Source: Octopus vulgaris
Taxonomy: Eukaryota
Assembly (NCBI GenBank): GCA_951406725.2
Contig: OX597815.1
Coordinates: forward strand, 177,134,001-177,198,000
Length of the DNA stretch: 64,000 nucleotides
Reading direction: 5' to 3'
Shown: positions 23,781-37,227 of the stretch, piece after piece
How positions within the stretch are numbered: the stretch's first letter is position 1
Layout of the letters: each line of letters opens with the position of its first letter
The notes under the pieces: model-generated
The model's input: the letters and a program-made list of their open reading frames with translations, nothing else
Database searches by the model: none
What the model was told of the DNA's origin: nothing
Made by a program: the position numbers and the translations under genes

Positions 23781-25785
23781 CGTAAAACCATGAAAAATTA
23801 TATTGCAGAAAAAGAAGTGCGATTATACAGGTGGGAATAAAATATGGGTTGTTGAAGGGTCAAACGCTTTTATCAAGTTGACCACGGGCTAAAAACAATA
23901 GCAACAATGCCGTGCTCTTTGCAGACCCATAACTTTAAGAGGTATGCTGCAAATTTGAAAGAGCCAGATCATTCTAGTATGAAATGGAAAACAAATCTGA
24001 ATTAATCTTTATCTCAGCAAAACACTTTAATATTCAGAGATGAAATCCCGAGGCTCGGGTTCACTGTTCATTTTAAACTTCCTCTTCTAAACGATATTAA
24101 CACTATGTTCGATAACGTCAAACGTGTATATCATTTCCTTATAAGTTAATATGTGTATTCTCAAGATACACATACACACACATAAAAACACAGAGCTCTA
24201 CATAGGTACCAACACATGCACGCACACACACACAAGTGCAAACGCAAGAATTATGTATTATTAACTCCCGGCCTTCGAACTGTTATGGTCTCTTGGTTTT
24301 GGGGCGTTATTCATTGACCCCGAAGGGTGCCATTTCTTAACTGACATTTGTATAGCCCCTTTTGCTGATAAGCTTTACCCAGAAACTTGACTTCAAAAGA
24401 TCACGAGGTTGATGAACAGAACCGGTTCTCAAATGCCCTTCCACACACTCCACCTACACCGCTATTGAGAGCGCCATTTTGCAGAAAAGGCTAGAGTTAT
24501 TCATTCAAAAGAATCTTTCAATCACCTAATATGGTGAAGATGTGGTGAGGATAACGTAGTAAGCAATTGACTAGTGCGCCATCTTTGTTCATCAGTTACA
24601 AGCGATTGCAATAACACAATGGCAATTGCAAGCGATGGGCTGGGTGCATTCTCGTGTGTGTAAACATTGCTGTATTTACAATGTGGTAGGGAATCCAGGC
24701 TACTTTTTCGTGCGGTAACCCCTGTATATATATATGTGTGTGTGTGTGTTTGTGTATATGTGTATATGCGTGTTTGTGCATATGTGTGTATATATATATA
24801 TGTGTGTGTGTGTATATGTGCGTGCGCGCTTTTGTGTATGTATGCTTTTGTGTGTGTATGTGTGTGAATGAGAGTGCATGATCAGTTCCATGTATACGCG
24901 TGTTGCGTGTGTGCATATGTGAATGAACCTACCGTTATTCTGCGTCTTCTCCTTTGGATGATAAATTTTGATCCATTACAGTTTCATTTTATGGTTGAAA
25001 TTTCCGACTATTTAATCTCAAATGTTTTAATAAACCGAAACGGTTGGACGAGGAAAGTAATTAAAATTTATTGTTTATAAGAAGTCCATTGAAAGCAGCT
25101 TCGAATGTCTTTAAATATTTGAATTCTGAATGCAATTTTCTTTAAATTTCACTTCTATTTGAATTTCATAATTATTTATTAAATATGTTATTAATCACAC
25201 ATTTTGATTTGCGAAAATAAGGCAATTCCCATTAATGCGAAATTGTCAATATATATATATATATATATAACGACAAATAAACTTATATGTGAACCCAAAT
25301 GTTAAATTCTTTGTAAGTAAAGGCAATGAAATATGAAAAAGAAAAGTTGAAATGAAATTCCTGTCTTATATAATTCCTTAAAGAATATAATAGCGACTGA
25401 ATATTAAAATATTTCATATAATATGTTTGCTTCTAAGTTGAATACATATGACCTCTTATCACATTGCTACATGTTAAATATCATAAACAGCCATGCTGCT
25501 ATTGCTATTTTCTCACAGTATAGATGTTATCAATACGTTATTGTTGCCCTATTTTCACAGTTGTAATTTGTTTTTTTACTTTTGATTGTAGATCCGTATA
25601 ATTACTTCATTTATGTGAAAGTCACGATTATAATGCGTAAAAAAAGACACATAATTCAAAATAGACTCACCTCCTTCCTCACTATCTCTTTATTCTGTTG
25701 ATACACATTTCTACGTTCTTTCTGATATATTTAATTATAATAAGCATTCTCTTTTCTTCGCCATTATTATTATATCAGTGAATTA

Positions 25786-25945
25786 AGGCGGCAAGCTGGC
25801 CGAATCGTTAGCACGCAAGTAAAATGCGTAGTGGCATTTCCTCCGTCTTTGCGCCCTGCGATCAAATTCCACGAAGATCGATTTGTGAATCATCTTTCGG
25901 GGTCGATAAAATAGATAGTGGCTGAGCACTGGGGTCAATATAATG
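25786..25945 (+). mobile_element. SINE family A, diverged
   Basis: aaggcggcaagctggccgaatcgttagc...tttcggggtcgataaaa. Confidence 0.8.
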
Positions 25946-26608
25946 GTCTTATCAAAATGTAAAACATTATTATATAAGTACATTAGCCTTGATATTTGTG
26001 AATAAGAATAGGAAGATGATTTTAAGGGCAGATGAAGAGAACCTGATTGGAATTGGAATTTAGAACCTTACTCAGAATGGATATCACCAAATTCTGTAAG
26101 GGATGATATCCCATAATCTGATTGTGCTATCCTCAGATTTTTGTATCGACATATCATGAAGGAAACACTTCATATTCCTCATTGTTATGACCAGTGCATA
26201 AAGAAAAGACATATAAACATGGCATACACATGTACAGGAGACAGACAGATGAGACAGGAACTGGACACAAGCTGAGAATACTTGATAGGGGAAAATGTGC
26301 TAGAAAACATGTAGGAGAAGTTGTCAGATAACAGGGACACTCTACATGGCGAGATCACAATAGAAGAGCAAATGAAGTGGGGTATATTTCGAGACGGTTT
26401 ATAGACGTGACGTGATAGGACACACAGACAGAATGCATACGCTGGGTACATACACAGAACACTATAAAAGACTGACTGTGCACAAACACAAACACAAATT
26501 TATATATATATATAAATGATAATATTATAACAAAAAAAAAATGAATGAAACCTCGATATTACGTAAAATAGAGGAATTTATAAATATGTGACAATTAGTT
26601 AGTTGTCA

Positions 26609-26669
26609 TAATAAAATTCAGTTTCAGATACCGGAGATGAAGTCCGCTCCGGCATCTCATCAGTTATTA
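26609..26669 (-). ncRNA. HHR-like motif in a PLE-terminal-like repeat (stem III eroded)
   Basis: TAATAA-CTGATGA-GATGCCGGAG(loop)CTCCGGTATCt-GAAA-ctgaa-TT-TTATTA. Confidence 0.6.
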
Positions 26670-26889
26670 AGACAAAATGCTATTCGTCAATTTCCTAGAT
26701 GTATTTTTAGCTTTAAATAACAAAATGTTTCTGAGGGTGCAGACAGAAATTATAGTTGCTATAGTCACAAAATCAAGATTTATTAGAAGCAATATCATGC
26801 AGGTGTGGTAATGGGAAACTTAAAACAAGATGTTAGCTGACATTGATAATGAAATAGGAGAAGTCTTAACGTGAAGTACTATAGTTAAA

Positions 26890-28136
26890 TATTTTAAGCA
26901 ATACTGCCGTGTTGTATAAAGTTAAAGTTTAGGGTTATTCAGAGGGTTATTAAGAAGAATATAACAAAAGGATAGAAATTTATGAATATATTTGAGTATA
27001 TACCAAACTTTTACTACAATAGAGAGAGGAAAAGAAATTATCCAGAAATAGTTTAATATTTATACATATTGTGTACTTAAATACTAACTCATCAGATGGT
27101 ATCTGTGAATATTGATTAATTGGTATATACTGGTGTTAATGAAGGAGTATTGAGGTAAAAGAACATGCTAACTATATATTAATAAAATTTTAATCCAAGC
27201 AGTTTTCTTTTAAGTAGTGAATATACCAGTATAGTTTTATATATGCTAATTATGCATCTATAGAGGTACAAACATTAGATTAATTTTATAAATAAATACA
27301 GGATAATTATAAAATAATAAAGAAATAAAATAATCAGGTAGGGCAGAACACCATGGAAAAGGAATAAAATAGGTTAATTACTAAAACTATGATAAAGTAT
27401 ATGTAGCTTATTGATACCAATAGAGATGATTTATAGAAAATGTATAATAATTCAAAATATATTAGACTAAAAATTATATATTTACTTATTTAGCTAGTAT
27501 CAATAAAAGACTGATGTCTGTTATCAGCTAAAGGAATATTTAAGTTATGGAACAATCATATTTTACACAATTTGTTTTTTAAACTAAGGGTCGTATGATA
27601 GGTTTAAGAAGTTATTATTGCTACTCCCTACATGATATTTATAATTCCTTAGTGGAACTTGTTTAGAAGGGTTATTTATATAAAGGCCCTTATAAAAACT
27701 GAGATCAGGAGGGTAGAGCCATTTAAGAAAGAGATAAATCAAGTAATTTCTAAAGATCTTTTCAAACAATATTGTCTTATTGTATAAAGTTAAGATTTAA
27801 GGTAATCAAGAAGATTATTAAGAATGATATTATAACAAAAAGGATAAAACTTCTTTGAATATTTTGAGTATATACTAAATTTTATCACAATAGAGAGAGG
27901 AAAAGAAAATTACAAAGAAATAGTTTAATATTAACTTATATGTTTTCTATGGAGAGTGATCAATTGGATTTAATTAATATTTAATAGGGGAGCACTGAGG
28001 TTAAAGAATATGTTAACTATATACTAAGTTAATTAAATTGAATTCTTTTAAGTTGTGGAGATACCAGTATTACCTTATATAAGCTGAGTGTGAATTAATA
28101 AGGTACTAGGATTAGGTTTATTTCAGGCTGCTATAA

Positions 28137-28188
<52 letters not shown>

Positions 28189-29060
28189 CGACCAGTTAGG
28201 GTAGACAATTATAAAAGGAATGAAGAGCCTAATCACTAAAGACCATAATAAAATATCCATACCTTATTAACTTCAATTGCAAAGATTTATAGAAAATATA
28301 TAATAGTTTAAGTAATATGGGCTAAAAATTGTTAATTAACTTATTTATCTTATTATAATCAGGACTGAAACCCGGTATTGGTTAAAGAATAATTGTTGTT
28401 GAAAGGACATGCTAATTATACACTAATATTAAATTAAGAGGTATAATATAGATATGCATAAATGATATTACGGTTTCTTAGGGGTACTTAATTAGAAGGG
28501 CTGTTTGTATAAAGCCAATATAAATACCAAAATTAAGAGGACGGAACAATTTAAGAAAGGGATTTTAAACAATATGTCATTCTTGTATAAAGTTAAAATT
28601 TAGGTTTATCAGGAAGATTTATCATTGATGTGAGAGAACAAATTTACTATAAATTAATTAAATTATAATCTAAGCAGGTTAATTTTAAGTTGTGAAGATA
28701 CCCATATTGTTTTATATAAGCTAAGTATGAATTTATAGGGGTACAAAAATTTAGGTTTGTCTGAAGGCAATTATAAAGTATTAAAAAATATTAGGTAGAG
28801 TAGAAACACCATAGAAAAGGATATAAAATAGCTTAATCCCTAAAATCATGATGAAGTATATACACAACTTAGTAACTCCAATAGAGAAGAGTAATAGAAC
28901 ATATGTAATAATTCAAATATTTAAAGCTACAAATTGTTTATTTACTTAATTAGCTTGCATCTATATTAACTGGTACCCAGTATTAACTGAAGGAAAATTA
29001 ATGATATAGGGCATGCTACCTATGCACTGATTATAAACTAAGAGGTGCATTATAGGTTTT
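26890..29060. repeat. Diverged tandem repeat, unit ~0.8-0.87 kb, about 2.6 copies
   Basis: Anchor ttgtataaagtt at 26912, 27780 and 28583; shared blocks acaatagagagaggaaaagaaa, atacc(a/c)gtat, aacaccat(g/a)gaaaagga. Confidence 0.85.
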
Positions 29061-30419
29061 AAATCACAAGATCAATAAAGTGCTACCCCTAATAGATACT
29101 GCCCCTTTGTTCTTCCAGCCTTAGATATACAAGGATTTAATAAACTAGTCTATAAATTAAAACTATCCACATAAAAAAAATCAGTGACAGGCAGAGTCTG
29201 TAACAATGTATATCTTCTTGATACCTTAGTAGCTTCTATGCTGGTGTGAACGCAGCATGCTCTTTGTCTATCTCCTTAACGACTTAGAGATTTTAGGTTT
29301 AATTATACTAATGTGTCCAACTGTTCTAATCTAATTAAATTCTGTCTGTCTATGAGAAGCTGAGGATTGCTCTGCATTTTAAATTTATGTAATGATTGCA
29401 TTGTTCAATTAAATGGAGTTGCATGAAACGATCGTACTGCATTACCTCTGGATATCCTTGTTGCTTATTTTGATTATATATATATAGTGTGCGTAAAAAT
29501 ATATATACATAACTATAACTATATATATATACACATATTTACATATACCTCTATATCTATGGATATATATAAATATATATTTGTACATACACACATATAC
29601 ACTAGAACACACACATACACAAAACACACACATTCATAAAAACTCACAGACGCACACGCATGGGTATGCTGTCTGCGTGTCTATATGCCTGTGTTGGCAT
29701 TGCTATACCAGAAGGTAGTAAAGGAAAAATAAATCAACAACAATATTACTATATATTATTTGAACTCGACAATTCATTTATTTTAAACAGCAAGAAACCA
29801 TCATCTGCAAATGGCTTCAGTTCTCAATCAAAAGGAAAACCTAGAACCTACTAAGTATGAAAGTTTTGCACTGAATATTTACTGCTTCGCTGACTTTTCT
29901 GCAAGTTCATTACAATAAACGACGCATTCAATTACATTTGCCTTTCATTATTTTTTTCCCTCAGTATACAACGGGAACAAAGACCAATTGATGGTTTGCA
30001 GCATCCAGGAGAATAGTAATTTTCAACACTTCTCTCCTGTCCATAAAAATATTCTAAGGAAATAATAAATTCTATTTTGCAACTCACTAATATAGTCAAT
30101 AGTAATTTCAGGTCTGCAGCCGCACTTCTTTACAGTGGCTAGTTTATTAAAAATGAAAATCACCAAGAAAAATGTTCAGTATAAAAAGTGTAATGAATCG
30201 TCTCCATAATATTCCCGAGGCTAATTTCCAATTTAAACTTGGAAATGGTCTTTTGCCACGTTTGAAAAAATAAATAAATATAATTCTATAAATATGTAAG
30301 CGTAGACATTGAAGAGAAAACATATAATCAGCGGGAAAAAAATGAACAGTAATTGTGAGGCAGTCCTTTTTGAAAGCACAATCTTAAATCACGTTTCAAT
30401 ATCCATGTCTCATGTGGTA

Positions 30420-30640
30420 AACTTGTACTTATACTTACGGTGACATTCACACAGATTGAACCGTCCTCAGCCAACGAATTCACTAAGTCTCGAACGAATA
30501 CTGACCACGTCTTACGGTCGACCCTAACGTTCCCCAGGCAAAGCAATGCTTCTCTATGCGACCCCAAAATCCATTGCAAATTTGACAAATGCCCCACTGG
30601 GAGCTCTATTTCTTCAAATTAAACTGCTTCCTACTGTTGT
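30420..30640 (-). mobile_element. RTE-like LINE 3' end
   Basis: DRKTWSVFVRD..., followed by gtgaatgtcacc and a short-repeat tail gtaagtataagtacaagt. Confidence 0.55.
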
Positions 30641-30999
30641 GTCAGAATATAAGTCATTCAAATGATAGTCATTCTTCGTATTTCTCTCCTCACTCGCTTC
30701 AACTAATACATACGACATATGTGCGCGCGTACACACAACACACATTAACTTCGCTGTGTTGGTGATTACACTGGCCACAGCCTTTGGGCTGAACCGTACA
30801 AAAGAAAAAAATATACATAGATACAGCTATGTATGTGTGTTTCGTGTGCGTTTGTGTGTGCAGGTTCCCACTGTATGAATGCAGGTTTCCAGTGGTAATC
30901 GTTTCAGTGATAAAATGTATTTCCATCCAATTCCAAAATCGCCGAGAAATATCTTTAGATTATTTAAAACGTCGAAACATTTAAACATCTCTTTTCTTT

Positions 31000-31560
31000 T
31001 TTACACGCTTACACTATTTTTTATTTTAATCTCGTTCCTATTTGATGAATAATAACCACCGCAAGAGTTTTCTTAGAAATATTGTAATGTAAATTATATT
31101 TATTGTAAAAATTATAGCAAACCTTCCGACCATAGTAATGTAATCGCTTGCATTCGCAACAATGTAGGAACAAAGGAATTCCGTCTTGACAGACATTTTA
31201 ATTAAACATTTTCCTTCTTCCTTTTTTTCGATGTTTTTACATGTATAAATATATCCTCCCAAACTTTCAAGGATATTTATTCCGAATATTTGCAAACGCG
31301 AATCCTCAATGTCATCAAATCAAAGTCTTCAAAGCCGTAAATAGGGATTTATTATAACGAGATTTTTCATAATGGTGGATCTCAGATGAAATTTAATAGA
31401 ACACCCAATTTTTTTATCTCCAAGCATAATAATAATAATAAAGAGAAAAACATTCAAGCAAGCTATTTCTTTAAGCATGGACGTATATTGTCTGATGCTT
31501 CTCATATTAAGCTTTAATTTCATAGTGAATTATAAATGTTCTTTTCTTTTTAAAAGCAAA
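31000..31560 (-). mobile_element. Highly decayed pogo/Tigger-like transposase
   Basis: TSMLKEIA (~GPMLKEKA), GCSIKFHLR (~GWLxKFKxR), QIF, VANASD...VGRF, KLLRWL (~KAWM), in order. Confidence 0.4.
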
Positions 31561-32049
31561 TGAGATGAAGAAAATTTTACTATCTCCATTAAAATTTTAG
31601 TTTGAATCTACTGCCTAATAATTATTCACAAAGAATTTCTTGCCAACTCTACGTCATTTAAAACGCCAGAAAAGGTGGTTCGTAGTAATTCAGGGCTAGC
31701 ACCTTTTGCATAGAGAAAAGAAAGCTGTAAATCTATATTTTTAAGTAAAAGCTTAGTCTGTAGAGAGAAAATTTGATAACATGGGATAAAATGAATATGA
31801 ATTTTGGATTCAAGTTAAAAAAAAAAAAGAAAAACGAGTCAGAAACGTATTTGCTCAACAAAAATATTTAGGTGAGAAAATTCAGTAGACTTGTGTAATA
31901 GTTTAAGTTATTATTAATAGAACCTCTTTTATTATCTATAAAAGTAATATTGCAAAGTATAGACCATCAACAATAATTTTGAGCTAAAATCTGACGACAT
32001 AAAAAAGTTTGTCGGAAATTATTCTGAATATCATAAAATTCCTTGAGGA

Positions 32050-32860
32050 ATTCCAAAATATTTCCAAGTACCTTTGAATTTTAGTAGCGACTAAAATTTC
32101 TCGGTCACGCTGACCTATAATATCTAAAGCAGATTTTCTTGATATTTGCGTTGAAAAGTACATATTTATATATCACGGCCCGAACAGACTAATTAAAAGA
32201 AATATAAGAGATATGGGCGACTGCAGATATACGTTGAAGTAATTACTAGAAAAGTATGTCTCCCCCAAATAAACTCATTTGAGCAACACAGAATATTTCA
32301 TGTGACGGAATATATGAAGGAGTTGTAGTGACTTACTGATATGCAGATTGTAATTGTGCTATTTTACAGTATTTGATTTGTTCAAGTCTACACTCGATCG
32401 AATGTGTTCTCCTTTATATGGTTCTTCATTATATATTAATCCGTTCGATTGTTTTTATACATTTGAAGCACATAATATATTTATGTGTAATTTTATGCAT
32501 TCTACTGACGTATCTTATGTATTTTATTATGCATCTTATGATGTAGTTGTTGAAGTGAATTCCTGTGAGTTTTGCACTTACGCTCGCTCATGTGGTCTTT
32601 TGGACTATTTGTTATTAAAGGATGTTTGCTTTATTCTTTCTGTTCTGCATTATTTCTATAATTTATTTCAAGAACTGAAAATTTCATATGCATATCCCTC
32701 ATTCTGTCAAGCACCGTTTTCGAAGTTCTGTAATAATCCGTCATGCCATGTTTAAATGTATAATTATTGTCTACTAAATTTAACTTTCTAATTTTCATCA
32801 TCACCCAAATATCGGCACCGAGAGGAAAAGAGAAAAGAAGCATAAGGGTTCAGACGTCAA
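32050..32860 (-). mobile_element. Decayed hAT (GTF2IRD2-like) transposase, N-terminal half
   Basis: KIRKLNLVDNNYTFKHGMTDYY (~KRKVDxENRxFxxEWTxxY), ISKSLQLLHIFR (~DISDTAQLxIFxR), SGRDI. Confidence 0.5.
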
Positions 32861-33664
32861 CGGTTTATGTGCAGAAACAGAACGACATACACATGCGCGA
32901 TATATTGTAGGAAAGTTGACGGGAATGCAACGAGAAAGAAGGAATGAATTGCCTTTTATATACGCAGGAATTCATTAAATACTGCTTTATCATTATTATT
33001 ATTATCATTATTATTATTATTGTTGTTCAGGAGTCAAGTAATTGCCTAATTTCAATTAATTATTATCAGCCCAACGTTTCAATTAATTATTATCATTCCC
33101 ACTGCGTGGCACCTTGACTATGTGCCTTTTACTGCAGCTCAGGGTCGACCAAGGCCTTGTGACTTATTTATTGTATTTCGTGAAGCATTACACTGGGAAG
33201 AGAATCTCAACGTCTGTGTCTAGTCAATGTATTGAGTATATCATGGTAAAAGTCGATTATTTTTGTTCGCTACTCTCCGATGTAAAACACGGAAAAAAAT
33301 TTTTCCCGCCTTTACTTTTTATTTTATTTTATTTTATAACCATGTACGGCAACAGGCCTATTTTCTGTTTGCAGCAAATTTAAATACACAGTGCATGCCA
33401 ATTACACTGCTTTAAATTTGCTCAAGAGAGAATTACTGTCGTGCATACGCTTATAAAAATCTGTGTTCAGAATGAAATTTTGGAGTTAAATTAGTTTTAA
33501 CCACAGAAATTTTATCTGTATCCAATGGAATTACTCTGTCTCGTTTCTTTTCACCAATTATGTGATTCTTGAAATGGCGCGTGTTCCAGATCTCTTTAGC
33601 TTTTTCCTGAGAACCACTGTAATATATATATACACACACACATTTATATATATTTATACATATA

Positions 33665-33794
33665 TATGTATATAAACATCATTTGCATTATAGCTTTTGC
33701 ATTATGTATATATATATATATATGTATATAAACATACATTTGCATTATGATATATATATATATATGTATATAAACATACATTTGCATTATGTAT

Positions 33795-33828
<34 letters not shown>

Positions 33829-33910
33829 GTATATAAACATACATTTGCATTATGTGTATATATATATATATACATATATATGTATATAAACATACATTTG
33901 CATTATGTAT
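33665..33910. repeat. Minisatellite: tatataaacatacatttgcattatg plus variable (TA)n, 5 copies
   Basis: Direct reading; period ~45-60 bp. Confidence 0.9.
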
Positions 33911-34849
33911 ATATATATATATACATACATACATACATACACACAGAGAGATATGTACTTATAGATATACATAGGAGCAGATATGTACAAGCATAAAGGC
34001 ATAATTTTACTGTTACCTGGAGTATAAAAAATACTGAAATCTAAAGACAGAATACATTGTTTTTTTTTCAATCAGCAGCTGTTTGTAATAGTGGTAGTAT
34101 ATATAGTTGGCAGATAGAATGTGAAAAAAGACATAGACATGCAAACAGTAGATGGTTGCATATAGGTAAAACGGCTTCCTTTATCAGGATGAAAATTGGT
34201 AAATATATATCTGTATTGAGATATTGTATGCGTGAAGATTTGTATATATGAAGCCTAATCGTGTTTATCTACATCGCTATAAATTTCTCCCACTTTCTCT
34301 CCCTCTCTCACTCTACATATCTTTCTTTCTCTCTCTCTCTGTATACGCACAGACATTTAGGAGAACATTGATAATGAGAAATCTAGTTGTACAAAAATGT
34401 ACACTGACCGTCTGATATGCAGTCAGGAATAAACAAAATAGTGTTAACCAGCATCAAAGCATTTAGTAGCGTCAAAGTTGAAACGAAAAAGCAATGTTGG
34501 CCTTGAGGAAAGAAACTAATCTCACTCTCTTCAACTTCTTAGTTTTTCTTTTTTCCTCGTTTCTCTTTCTATATTTTTTAATTTTTGTTTTCTTTTATTT
34601 GTCACATGATGCGTGGTCACTGAAATTGATAGTATTTCTAACGGTTGCTTACGTTTAAATAAACGGGACCATGAACGCACTTAAAAAGTGTATCAGAAAC
34701 AACTGCAAGTCTATAATGTACAAATGAATTCATAAAACCCATTATTTCAAATAGTAACAGAAAATTCATTTTGTAAACGTATTCTTCACCGTTTGCAGAC
34801 AAGAGAACGGAAGAAATCGTGCACGCACACACGTGTTTATTCCCAAAAC

Positions 34850-35570
34850 ACTCGACTATCGCGGATGTTACATTCCAAATCACACCCCGCTATACGTGAA
34901 GATCCACGAAGTATAAACAGTACTTTACTGTATAGCTGGCAAAGGCGGTGAGCTGGCAGAACCGTTAGCGTGCTGGACAAAATACTTAGCGGTATTTCGT
35001 CTGCCGTTACGTTGTGAGTTCAAATTCCACTGAGGTTGACTTTGCCTTTCATCCTTTCTGGGTCGATTAAATAAGTACCAGTTACTCACTGGACTCGATG
35101 TAAACGACTTAATACCTATGTCTGTCCTTGTTTGTCCCCTCTATGTTTAGCCCCTTGTGGGTAATAAAGAAATAAGTACTTTACTGTATAATTTTTGTTT
35201 ATTATTTTTATAATTTGTATAAATTTATATAATGCAAAACAACACCGCACCCTCGCCTCCCGAATTTCCTTTTTCCATACGCGATTTTTATTTATTCATC
35301 CACAGTACACGACGTATTTTCTTTTCATACATTTTCATTATTGTGTTATACACTGCAAAATTGTATTTTTATTTATTAATATTTAAGCGTGAAAATGCTT
35401 ATTTTACCACTGAAATAATTAAAATCTAAAAAATATAAACACCTATCTGCCCCAGAAACTCCCGATATAACGATGATTCTGCGATATGAATTTACATATA
35501 TTAGCCAGAAAAATCTGCGATATACTGAGGGCGAAAAAAAGTGAACCGCGATATGGTAAGTGATTGCTGT
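34850..35570. mobile_element. Tigger/pogo-type MITE interrupted by a SINE
   Basis: Left ctcgactatcgcgg versus right ccgcgatatggtaagtgattgctgTA (eroded TIR ending CTG-TA). Confidence 0.5.
34935..35174 (+). mobile_element. Full-length SINE family A with 16-bp TSD
   Basis: TSD agtactttactgtata at 34919-34934 and 35175-35190. Confidence 0.92.
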
Positions 35571-35997
35571 ATATATTTACTGAGGGTGCTTCTAAGCTTA
35601 CTCACGAGATGGTTATCTCCCCTATCATTAAATATAGAATGCTCTTTCACTCAGTTTTAAGAGGTTTAAAGCACCCTAAGTCACAATTAGTGACGATTAA
35701 ATTTCTCCTTCACACACACATACACACACGCACAAATACACACACACACACATACGTACGTACACACAAATATTTGTTAAAAATTCAGTTAGATGAAATT
35801 ATTCAAATTTGTTATACGGATAAAATACAACAATATTAATTTATTTCTCTTATGGGTGGACACATCGATATTTGTCTTTAAAGTGGAGAAGCGTGCATTG
35901 TTTAATTGGGAACCCCCACGATCATTTGTGTGTGTGAGTATATATATAAATATAAATATATATATGTGCGTGTGTGTGTGTGTGTGTGTGGGGGTGT

Positions 35998-36028
<31 letters not shown>

Positions 36029-36094
36029 CACATATGTATATATATATACATACGTATATATACACACATATGTATATATATATACATACGTATA

Positions 36095-36129
<35 letters not shown>

Positions 36130-36176
36130 GCATGTATATATACATATATATATGCATGTATATATACATATATGTA

Positions 36177-36302
36177 TTATTTAAAGCAGCAGAAAATTCA
36201 ACAAAATCTGTTACTCTGAGTTTCTCGTTGCCGTTCATCAGACAACGGCAACGAGAAACTTAGAGTAACAGATTTTGTTGAATTTTCTGCTGCTTTAAAT
36301 AA
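36177..36302. repeat. 126-bp palindrome (59-bp arms, 1 mismatch, 8-nt loop) next to an AT microsatellite
   Basis: ttatttaaagcagcag...gccgtt catcagac aacggc...ctgctgctttaaataa. Confidence 0.95.
36208..36245 (-). ncRNA. Minimal type I hammerhead ribozyme
   Basis: tTGT-CTGATGA-aCGgcaaCGa-GAAA-CTCaGAG-TA-ACAg: intact core, GUA triplet. Confidence 0.7.
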
Positions 36303-36796
36303 AGCATATTACTCTACCACTGGTATTTGAGTACTCTTTTCTCCACTTTGTTTCACATTTATGTGTTTACTCCGGTATACATATATGTATATATACACAC
36401 ACGCACATATGTATATATGTATGTGTATACACAATATGTAGATTTATATGTATACATACACGCATATATATATATGCATGTGTGTATACACAATATATAG
36501 ATTTATACTGTAAGTAGTGAAGAAGCAGTTATAAAGATGAAGAAAATCTTTGCCAATCTCATTGCTGTATAAAGACATAAGGAAAACAGCCAGTTGGATG
36601 TGGAGTGTATTTCACTTCATTGAATTTCATGATTATAAACTGCAAATATTCTCTGCAGCCAGCTCATCCTTTTATAAACAATTTCTCTCCTTCAAAGAGC
36701 TCTTACGCTGTTTATGGTGATGTTTAATTGTGAGTGTTTGAAATCATTAATCTGTTATCGCTGCTGCTGTGGTGGCGGTAGTAGTTGTTGCTGCTG

Positions 36797-37000
36797 AAAG
36801 GCAGCGAGCTGGCAGAAACGTTAGCACGCCGGGCGAAATGCTTAGCGGTATTTCGTCTGCTGTTACGTTCTGAGTTCAAATTCCGCCGAGGTCGACTTTA
36901 CCTTTCATCCTTCCGGGGTCGATTAAATAAGTATCAGTTACGCACTGGGGTCGATGTAATCGACTTAATCCGTTTGTCTGTCCTTGTTTGTCTTCTCTGT
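36797..37000 (+). mobile_element. SINE family A, 3'-truncated at (CA)n
   Basis: Near-identical to the first unit of 5065-5450. Confidence 0.9.
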
Positions 37001-37004
37001 GTTG

Positions 37005-37046
<42 letters not shown>

Positions 37047-37155
37047 ACATATATATATATATATATGTGTGTGTGTGTAATACATACACACATATGTGTG
37101 TGTAATACATTCACACACACACATATGTGTGTGTGTGTAATACATATATGTATAC

Positions 37156-37211
<56 letters not shown>

Positions 37212-37227
37212 TTGATGGTTTCCTTTC

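Noticed and set aside
26890-29060. Possible mitochondrial insertion (AT-rich, strand-skewed)
   Set aside because: No recognisable mitochondrial protein, rRNA or tRNA motifs; tandem structure explains it
30328-30597. 89-aa ORF as a host exon
   Set aside because: Better explained as an RTE LINE 3' end with its short-repeat tail
33665-33910. Repeat-spacer pattern resembling a CRISPR array
   Set aside because: Spacers are only variable (TA)n, the context is eukaryotic and there are no cas genes; it is a minisatellite
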